The notes under the pieces: generated by a model | Told to the model about the DNA's origin: nothing | The model's input: the letters and a program-made list of their open reading frames with translations, nothing else | The model's database searches: none | Part shown: positions 46,464 to 53,028 of the stretch, one piece after another | Position numbering within the stretch: the first letter of the stretch is position 1 | How the letters are laid out: each line of letters opens with the position of its first letter | Origin: a virus | Lineage: Duplodnaviria; Caudoviricetes | DNA length: 53,028 nucleotides | Reading direction: 5' to 3' (one strand) | Virus record (IMG/VR): IMGVR_UViG_3300036466_000505 | Span: 1-53,028 of that record | Made by a program: the position numbers and the translations under genes

Positions 46464-46490
46464 AAAGGGGGATTGTATCCCCCTTTTTTT
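46464..46490 (+). terminator. Intrinsic terminator between head and tail genes
   Basis: AAAGGGGGAT-tgt-ATCCCCCTTTTTTT. Confidence 0.75.
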
Positions 46491-46506
46491 ATAGGAGAAC
46501 AGCATT

Positions 46507-47127
46507 ATGGCCACTGCGGCAGAACTGATTTCCAGGGCGTGGACCCTGCTCCTGGATGGCGGCAGCCGGTATACGGAATCGGCCATGCTGGCCAACCTGA
46601 ACGAGGCGATCGTCGAAGCCGTCGCTCTGAAGCCGGATTTGAACCTGATCGAAACGGCCGTCACCCTGGGGTCCGGCCCGCGTCAGGAACTTCCAGCGGA
46701 CGGACTGCTCCTGGAGCGGATCATCCGTAACGAGACAGGGCAGCGCATCGAGATCATCAACCCGGACGTGCTGGCCATGCAGGACCCGGAATGGGGGTCC
46801 AGGACCGGAACAGTGGTCACCCATGCCTGGGCCGACCCGAAAGACCACAAGGTGTTTTACGTGTATCCGGCCGCCGCCGGGGAGCAGATCCGTATTCAGT
46901 ATGCGGCCGGCCCCGATGCCCTGACCGCCACGACAGAGAGTGTGCCCCTGGACGGCACGGCCCACGGCGCCCTGGTGGACTATCTTGTGTACCGGGCGCT
47001 CTCTATTGACGACGATGCCGGCGACAAGGCCACTGCCCAGACCGCATATAAGTCGTTTCTGGCCAAACTGGGCGCCAGGGATTCCCGCGAGGAACATGAC
47101 CGACCCCGGCCCGGAGGTGCCTCATGA
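46507..47127 (+). CDS. Head-tail adaptor-like protein
   Basis: LNEA..E, FYVYP, ALVDYLVYRALS.D motifs. Confidence 0.75.
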   Translation: MATAAELISRAWTLLLDGGSRYTESAMLANLNEAIVEAVALKPDLNLIETAVTLGSGPRQELPADGLLLERIIRNETGQRIEIINPDVLAMQDPEWGSRTGTVVTHAWADPKDHKVFYVYPAAAGEQIRIQYAAGPDALTATTESVPLDGTAHGALVDYLVYRALSIDDDAGDKATAQTAYKSFLAKLGARDSREEHDRPRPGGAS

Positions 47128-47690
47128 CCGCCATTACCGACCTGATTCCGGATATCCGCCTGGAAGTGCCCGGGTGCATCGACCTGACCATCACCCGGGA
47201 GCTTCGAAATGCCGCCCGGGAGTTCTGCGAAAAAACCGGATGCTGGGAGGTCATCCTGGATGATGTCAGCCTGGTCGAAGGGCAGGACACCTATTCGCTT
47301 GTCCTGCCGGGCGAATCCTCTTTGGTATCCATCACGGCCGTGACCCGGGACGGCCAGCCTTTTGACGCCTACCGGCTTCACCTTCCGGATCTGGAACTGG
47401 TCCTGAACCATGTTCCCACGGAAACAGCCGCCCTGTCCGTCACCGCTCTGCTTATGCCCACCCGCACGGCCACCACAGTGCCGGACATTCTGGAACGGGA
47501 TTACTACGACGGCGTGCGGGCCCTGACTCTGTACCGGCTTATGCGCCAGGCCGGCGTGCCGTGGAACAACCCTTCCATGGCCGCGCACTATAAAGCGGAA
47601 GCCAGGCGCCTGATGGGCAGGGCCACGGTCCGGCGGTGGAGGGAACGATCCGGCGAGGCCATGCATGTGCGGCCGCAACCTTTTTTCTGA
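47124..47690 (+). CDS. Second adaptor/tail tubular A-like protein
   Basis: VPGC...AAREFCEKT..W; LYRLM....PW.NP..A. Confidence 0.7.
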   Translation: MTAITDLIPDIRLEVPGCIDLTITRELRNAAREFCEKTGCWEVILDDVSLVEGQDTYSLVLPGESSLVSITAVTRDGQPFDAYRLHLPDLELVLNHVPTETAALSVTALLMPTRTATTVPDILERDYYDGVRALTLYRLMRQAGVPWNNPSMAAHYKAEARRLMGRATVRRWRERSGEAMHVRPQPFF

Positions 47691-47702
47691 CGGGGAAACG
47701 CA

Positions 47703-47999
47703 ATGAAATCAACAAAAACCATCACTGCCGGGGATGACTACCTGGATTTTACAGTGTTTGGCAGGAACGCCGTTTCCGGCATAACCGACGGCCCCGGCAC
47801 CTTTGAAATCGCCGTATCCGGGCGCGTTACATCCACGATTCGCCTTTATGCCCAGATCGACGGCCAGTGGGTGCAGGACAGCGTGATCGCTCAGGACGGC
47901 GTACATCCCGGCACTGTGGCGACGACGCGCAAGTACCGGATCGGGTGTCCTGTCGCCGACTATGAGGGCGAAACTATCTACATCGAGGTGGCCCAATGA
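47703..47999 (+). CDS. Hypothetical beta-rich virion protein
   Basis: 98-aa ORF in the tail operon. Confidence 0.65.
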   Translation: MKSTKTITAGDDYLDFTVFGRNAVSGITDGPGTFEIAVSGRVTSTIRLYAQIDGQWVQDSVIAQDGVHPGTVATTRKYRIGCPVADYEGETIYIEVAQ

Positions 48000-48166
48000 G
48001 CGTCCTTTCTTCCGGCGGCGGCAGTGGTGCGGAACAGCAATTCGTCCTTGAGGTTGAAGAGGCGCTTACGACGACATCCGCCCTCAACGACTCCAATTTA
48101 GGATTGCTCGATTACCTGTATAGAACCATTTTACGATATCATCTTACCGAAGCGGGAGTGATCTGA
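47996..48166 (+). CDS. Small 56-aa protein (not in the ORF track)
   Basis: MSVLSSGGGSGAEQQF...; overlaps both neighbours (ATGA and TGATG). Confidence 0.6.
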   Translation: MSVLSSGGGSGAEQQFVLEVEEALTTTSALNDSNLGLLDYLYRTILRYHLTEAGVI

Positions 48167-49728
48167 TGGCAGTCATCAATAACCTTGTACTGGCCCGAAA
48201 CGCGGACAACACCATTCAGGTGGACACTGCGTATTATGACCTGAACACAAAAGCGGGGGCGTTGGTCGACGACCTGGTCACGTTCCTGCAAGCGGCCGTA
48301 TCGGATGTGGATGCGTATGTACCCGGGCGCGTGGATGCGTTGTTTGACCAGGAATTGGGCAGTACGGTCTATACCCAGGGCGAAATTGACGCCATGCTGG
48401 AACGGGTCAATGAAACCACCCTTGCATCGCTTGGTGCGCAGGGAGCAATGTACGACCCTGTGTCGGATTCCTGGACCGCGCTCGGCGGCGACGTAAACGA
48501 GTGGCAGAACCTCTTTCGCGGGTACGTGTACAACCGATCTGATGAAGTGGTCTATTTCCTGAACCCCACGGACTGGTCGTACAAATACGCATGGGAGTAC
48601 GACGCAAACCTGCCCTATGCCACAGGCGCATACTGCACCCTGTCCGGAACCACATACAAAGCACTCCAGTCCGCCAAAGGCAAAGACCCTGCAACAGAGA
48701 CCACGTACTGGACCGTTACCGCAGACACCCCGGAGTCCATTCTGGCCAGCACGGACGGGACGGACGGCGCTGTAGGTGTGCTGGTGCCTGCCGGGTATAC
48801 AGCCAGATATACTCGTTCCGGGAAGTCCTATTTCTGGTGCTCTCTTGCACCGTTGCCTGGTCTGGCACTCGACCCGGCATTTCTGCCCGGAGGTATCCCG
48901 GTGACCCACCGGACCTTCGGGGCGTATGAATCCATTCTGTATGATGATTCCGCGTCTGCCTACATAGACGGCACCGGTGATTCCGACGCCACCTCGCTTG
49001 TTGATCTGGGCAACGATTACCTTGCTCCGGTGTCCGGGAAAAAGCCGTGGACAGGGCTGACCAGAGCGGAGAACCGCGCACTGCACAGCAACTTTTCCAC
49101 CAAGGCCCATCTTCAGGACTACATTTTCCGCAACGATCTGCTCCGGCACCTCTTTGTATGCGAACACAGAACGTGGGATAGCGAATCCGTTATTCCCGGG
49201 CATTGTGACGATTCTTATGATTATGCAAACGTATCCGTCACCGGCCTGACAGACTACCTCGGAAACGGATCGGGTTCGTACAAGCCTGATACGTTATATT
49301 TGGCGAACCGGTATCGCGGCATTGAAAATCCCTTTGGGGATGTGTGGGAGTTTGTGGACGGGATCAACTTTAATGACTGGAAACCGTACATAACCAGAGA
49401 TCCGCACGGTTGCGCGGACGACGTGGACGACACCAACAGCTCGTATGCCTATGTGAGGGCATCCGACGAAAACGGAAATGTCATTACTTGCCCGGACTCC
49501 AGCAACTACCAGAAATTCCTGTGGCCGGGGACGTTTTTGCCGCAGTCTGTCGGAGGTGCCAGCTCCACCTATATCACCGATCCCTGGTACCAGAACCCCG
49601 GCTGGCGGGTCCTGCGGGTGGGCGGCCGTTTGAGCAGTGGTCGTCAGGCGGGGCTCGGGTATCTGAGTGCGTATAGCGCTTCCACGTATGCGAATTGGAA
49701 TTTCGGGGGGCGGGCTGCCCTCGCTTAA
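48166..49728 (+). CDS. DGR target protein: putative receptor-binding tail protein with a CBM5/12-like motif and C-terminal CLec-type fold
   Basis: YRGIENPFGDVWEFVDG motif; C-terminal VR ending in GGR; Y..GAYCTLSGTTYKAL...P...YW motif. Confidence 0.9.
   Translation: MAVINNLVLARNADNTIQVDTAYYDLNTKAGALVDDLVTFLQAAVSDVDAYVPGRVDALFDQELGSTVYTQGEIDAMLERVNETTLASLGAQGAMYDPVSDSWTALGGDVNEWQNLFRGYVYNRSDEVVYFLNPTDWSYKYAWEYDANLPYATGAYCTLSGTTYKALQSAKGKDPATETTYWTVTADTPESILASTDGTDGAVGVLVPAGYTARYTRSGKSYFWCSLAPLPGLALDPAFLPGGIPVTHRTFGAYESILYDDSASAYIDGTGDSDATSLVDLGNDYLAPVSGKKPWTGLTRAENRALHSNFSTKAHLQDYIFRNDLLRHLFVCEHRTWDSESVIPGHCDDSYDYANVSVTGLTDYLGNGSGSYKPDTLYLANRYRGIENPFGDVWEFVDGINFNDWKPYITRDPHGCADDVDDTNSSYAYVRASDENGNVITCPDSSNYQKFLWPGTFLPQSVGGASSTYITDPWYQNPGWRVLRVGGRLSSGRQAGLGYLSAYSASTYANWNFGGRAALA
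49601..49720 (+). repeat. DGR variable repeat (VR)
   Basis: 120-bp ungapped match to TR with 18 mismatches. Confidence 0.97.
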
Positions 49729-49854
49729 AACGCAGCGCGGCGGAACCGCTGGACGAAGGCACGAAGGCACGCGGTACGCAAACCGCAAAACGCAACGCGA
49801 AACGCTTGCCTTCGCTCTACCTCATGGTTAAACAGTTCTCAGGCAAACGCGGAA

Positions 49855-49974
49855 GCTGGCAGGTCCTGCAAGTGGGCGGCAATTTGAACAATGGTCGTAA
49901 AGCAGGGCTCGGGTATCTGAATGCGAATAACGATTCCACGAATGCGAATTGGAATATCAGGGGGCAGGCTGCCC
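49855..49974 (+). repeat. DGR template repeat (TR)
   Basis: Every mismatch to VR is at a TR adenine; nine in-frame AAY codons. Confidence 0.97.
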
Positions 49975-50093
49975 ATGCTTCTGCATAAAAAATCAACCCC
50001 GCGTTTGCCTTGGCTCTTGCCAAAAAATAACAGTTTCATCCCTTGCGCGTTGGTAGGGCAACCGAAAACGACCGGGAGCAGAAGCGAGAAAAA

Positions 50094-51152
50094 GTGAAGC
50101 GACACGGAAATCTGTATCCGAAAATCATTGAAGTTGAAAACATTCTTCTTGCACATAGAAAGGCGCGCCTTGGAAAGGCACATTATCTTGACGTGCAGAT
50201 GGTTAACCAAAACGAGCACGAACACTGCACAAGAATACATGACATTCTGAAGAAAAAAGAGTATTCTGACATTGGTTACAAGGTCAGACATATTCAGGAC
50301 ATGGGGAAGACGAGGACTATCTACGTACTCGACTACTACCCGCACCGGATCATTCAGTGGGCCATGGCTCTTGAGCTGGTGCCGATCTGGAAGCCGACGC
50401 TGATTACAGACACTTATTCCAGTATCGATGGGCGCGGCCTGCACGACGCGGCCAAGCGGGTAAGAAAGTGGATGCACGACCGGGACGCCTGCCGGCACTG
50501 TCTGAAAATGGACGTGCGGCACTTTTACCCGAGCGTAGATCACGATGTGATGAAGTCTATTCTGCGTCGCAAGATCAAATGCAAAGACACGCTCTGGCTA
50601 CTGGACCTGATTATCGACTCTGCCCCGGGCCTGCCCATCGGGAACTACCTGTCACAATATCTGGGCAATGTGTATCTGGCAGGGTTGGACCACTGGATGA
50701 AGCAGGAGATCGAAGCACGGCATTACATGCGTTACTGCGACGATCTGGTTGTGTTCATGTCCGACAAGAAGGAGCTGCACGACCTGCGGTGCCGGGTGGA
50801 TGAAAAGCTGGCAGCGCTGAAGTTGGAGATGAAAGGGAACCACCAGGTGTTTCCGGCGTATGAGCGCGGGGTGGACTTTATGGGGTACCGGTTTTTTGGG
50901 TCTCACGTGCTGGTCCGCAAGTCCATCAAGCAGGCGTTTAAGAAACGGGTCAGGTACATCAAGCGGCACGGCCATCGCCTTCCACCCAGGCAGGTCATTA
51001 ATCCGCTGATGAGTTATTACGGCTGGCTGAAGCACTGCGACGCCAGAAACCTTTGGAACACTTACATCGATAGTGACGTTCGCATGGTCGTGGCGTCTGC
51101 GGCCAGACGGGCAAATATGAAAAACCCAATGGAGAACATCTCATGGCAGTAA
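50094..51152 (+). CDS. DGR reverse transcriptase
   Basis: MKRHGNLY start (GTG 50094; track start 50043), LKMDVRHFYPS, GLPIGNYLSQ, YMRYCDD, GVDFMGY. Confidence 0.97.
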   Translation: MKRHGNLYPKIIEVENILLAHRKARLGKAHYLDVQMVNQNEHEHCTRIHDILKKKEYSDIGYKVRHIQDMGKTRTIYVLDYYPHRIIQWAMALELVPIWKPTLITDTYSSIDGRGLHDAAKRVRKWMHDRDACRHCLKMDVRHFYPSVDHDVMKSILRRKIKCKDTLWLLDLIIDSAPGLPIGNYLSQYLGNVYLAGLDHWMKQEIEARHYMRYCDDLVVFMSDKKELHDLRCRVDEKLAALKLEMKGNHQVFPAYERGVDFMGYRFFGSHVLVRKSIKQAFKKRVRYIKRHGHRLPPRQVINPLMSYYGWLKHCDARNLWNTYIDSDVRMVVASAARRANMKNPMENISWQ

Positions 51153-51481
51153 GAATCTGCAATCAGACAGAGGCCCCGGCCCGTGCGTTTCGGCACGGCA
51201 CTAATGTGATCGTCACTCGCAACGTCACCGAGAAAACAGACGACGAGGGCAATGTGTCGTATGACTTCGAGGCCTACACCCTGCCTGCCGCCCCCTTGCC
51301 CGATCCGGACCAGTATTGTTTGGACAACTATGCTGCCATTCGAGAAGCGGTCATCCTGGCGCATTGGCCCCAGAAGGCGCAGAACGAGGCGGCCATGGAA
51401 GATGCCATGGGCAGGCCGGAGAAGCTGGCCGAGTACATCGCGTTCAAGGACGCGCTGGACGAGGAGTTTCCCAAGCCGTGA
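51143..51481 (+). CDS. Hypothetical protein coupled to the RT (candidate DGR accessory or fibre chaperone)
   Basis: SD GGAG; overlaps the RT stop by 10 nt. Confidence 0.75.
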   Translation: MAVRICNQTEAPARAFRHGTNVIVTRNVTEKTDDEGNVSYDFEAYTLPAAPLPDPDQYCLDNYAAIREAVILAHWPQKAQNEAAMEDAMGRPEKLAEYIAFKDALDEEFPKP

Positions 51482-51783
51482 TGCACAGATTCTCCGAGTT
51501 CGCGGAAGAGGAAGGGCCGCTTGCAGGAGACAAGGTGCGGATCGAGGACCTGTTGGGCCGGGATATCGAAATTCTGGCCTATCGCCTCGGTCCGTCGCGG
51601 TACCCGGACAAGTCAGAAAGCGGAAAATACCTGCAACTGCAATTCCGCTTTTCCGACGAAGACGCTCTACGGTGCATGTTTACCGGCTCAGGTGTGTTGA
51701 TTCGACAACTGGAAAAATACCACGACAAAATACCGTTTCTGGCCTCGATCGAGCGTCGGGGACGGTGTTTTACGTTTGTATGA
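51481..51783 (+). CDS. Conserved hypothetical 100-aa protein (candidate DGR accessory)
   Basis: MHRFSEF...GDKVRIEDLL...LQLQF...FTGSGVLIRQL...PF; TGATG overlap; SD GAGGAG. Confidence 0.75.
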   Translation: MHRFSEFAEEEGPLAGDKVRIEDLLGRDIEILAYRLGPSRYPDKSESGKYLQLQFRFSDEDALRCMFTGSGVLIRQLEKYHDKIPFLASIERRGRCFTFV

Positions 51784-52163
51784 AAAAAATACCAAGCACC
51801 GAACTCCGCGCCGTCCTGCGCTCTGCGTGGCCGGAAGCGGATATCCGGCTCCCGGACAAGTCCTACATTCTGCCGACAAGGCACCGGATATGGGACGAGC
51901 TGGTTTCCAGCTACTTTGAGGACTACACCTATCAGGCCGACATTCTGGACTGCGACGACTATGCTCTGCTGCTGCACGCCTGGATCAGGCAACAGCAGTA
52001 CCGGGAACAGTGGCCCAACCCCCTTGCTTTTGGCGAGGCATGGAGCAGAACACATGCACTCAACATCGTTGTATTGGACGACAAGACTGTGCGCCTGGTG
52101 GAACCCCAGACGGACGGCTTTGTTGCTCCTGACGATCACGATATTATTTTTATCCGGATGTAA
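51780..52163 (+). CDS. Papain/transglutaminase-like protein (MOA lectin C-terminal-like)
   Basis: DCDDYA...HALN...VEPQ, a Cys-His-Glu arrangement; ATGA overlap. Confidence 0.7.
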   Translation: MKKIPSTELRAVLRSAWPEADIRLPDKSYILPTRHRIWDELVSSYFEDYTYQADILDCDDYALLLHAWIRQQQYREQWPNPLAFGEAWSRTHALNIVVLDDKTVRLVEPQTDGFVAPDDHDIIFIRM

Positions 52164-52202
52164 CGCACACCACAACTGGCCCATCACCAACGGACCGTAC
52201 CA

Positions 52203-53028
52203 ATGAAAATCCAATTCCAGAATCCCCAGGGAATGCGCCCACGTCTCCGCCCGGATAAACTGCCGGACAACTACGCGCAAACAGCCACGGATTGCGACTT
52301 TCGGTCCGGGGTGCTGGCTCCCGTACCCGGCTCGCTCGAGGTCAAGTCCCTCCCCAAGCCGGGCACCCTTCGCACGCTGTACAAGCACGGTTCCCGGTTT
52401 CTGGCCTTTCCCGGCAACGTGGATGTCATTGAATCGCCGATTGCCGACGCGGATGGCCGTTTTGCCTGGACAGGCGGGGGCAAGCCCATGCAGTCCAACG
52501 ACACCATGGCCTTTGCTGCCGGGTACCCGGAGTCGGGTTGGCCCGCCATCACCAGGACGCTCGGCGTGCCGTATCCGGCCGCCCCGCTGACCATTGCGCT
52601 GTCCGGCACGGCAGGCGACGAGGTCGAGCACTCCTACTCCTACTGCTACACATACGTCACAGAATGGGGTGAAGAGTCGGCAAACTCCCTCCCCACCGGC
52701 CTGACCGATATCTATGCAGGCCAGACCGTTACGCTGACCGGGTTCACCGTGCCGAGCGTGTCCGGCCTGGTTGTCGACAAATTCCGGATTTATCGCTCGG
52801 AAGCCACTTCTTCCGGGGGCGCTGTCTGGGAACTGGTGGCCGAAGTGGAGGAAACCACTTCGGAATGGGAGGACACAGCCGCAAGCGCCCTGGACGATAC
52901 CCTGGATACCGAGACCTGGATACCGGCCCCGGACGATATGCAGGGGCTTATTCTGACGTCAGGCGGAATCGCCGTGGGGTTTTCGGGTAAAGAACTGTAT
53001 CTGTCCGAGCCGTTTGTCATGTATGCCT
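52203..53028 (+). CDS. Tail tubular/stabilisation-type protein, 5' part (continues through the junction to 918; about 538 aa in total)
   Basis: ATG at 52203 (MKIQFQNPQGMRPRLRPDKLP...YCYTYVTEWGEES) is in frame with ORF 37..918 across the terminal repeat. Motifs are typical of podophage tail tube B-like proteins. Confidence 0.75.
   Translation, partial: MKIQFQNPQGMRPRLRPDKLPDNYAQTATDCDFRSGVLAPVPGSLEVKSLPKPGTLRTLYKHGSRFLAFPGNVDVIESPIADADGRFAWTGGGKPMQSNDTMAFAAGYPESGWPAITRTLGVPYPAAPLTIALSGTAGDEVEHSYSYCYTYVTEWGEESANSLPTGLTDIYAGQTVTLTGFTVPSVSGLVVDKFRIYRSEATSSGGAVWELVAEVEETTSEWEDTAASALDDTLDTETWIPAPDDMQGLILTSGGIAVGFSGKELYLSEPFVMYA
52902..53028. repeat. Terminal direct repeat (circular assembly overlap), copy 2
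   Basis: Identical to 1-127. Confidence 0.97.

Larger units (their letters stand above)
48166..51783 (+). mobile_element. Diversity-generating retroelement cassette (target-VR, TR, RT, two coupled ORFs)
   Basis: Combination of the target, VR, TR and RT features. The right boundary is inferred. Confidence 0.9.

Noticed and set aside
49695-49988. ORF spanning the TR as a real gene or avd
   Set aside because: Its openness follows from the TR mirroring the VR frame. It has no Avd-like character or clear SD.
50094-51152. RT as a group II intron, retron or Abi RT
   Set aside because: The SQ motif, small size and adjacent TR/VR pair with A-only mismatches identify a DGR.

Overview
The window is a complete circular dsDNA phage genome of 52,901 bp: bases 1-127 repeat exactly at 52902-53028, and a tail gene runs across that junction. 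It is podovirus-like, with a portal, scaffold, N4-gp56-type major capsid protein, adaptor and tail tubular proteins, ejection-type proteins and a 3468-aa polyvalent protein. I recognise no tape measure or sheath. I find no integrase; instead it carries ParA, an iteron-containing Rep-like gene and a small serine resolvase with a res-like site, which points to a phage-plasmid lifestyle. The host may be a Desulfobacterota member (weak inference from protein style). Four features stand out. (1) A complete diversity-generating retroelement sits in the tail module: a CLec-type target with VR 49601-49720, TR 49855-49974 and an RT. All 18 VR/TR mismatches fall at TR adenines. There is no recognisable avd, and two unknown genes are translationally coupled downstream of the RT. 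(2) Two apparent overprinted genes with strong Shine-Dalgarno sites are nested in the +1 frame of disordered linkers of the giant protein. (3) Two separate Rep-like genes contain DNA repeats that are read in shifting frames, as expected of iterons. (4) A GGAA-N5-TTCC operator motif lies inside three similar 18-bp-spacer promoters. Protein family calls come from motif recognition only; no database searches were run.
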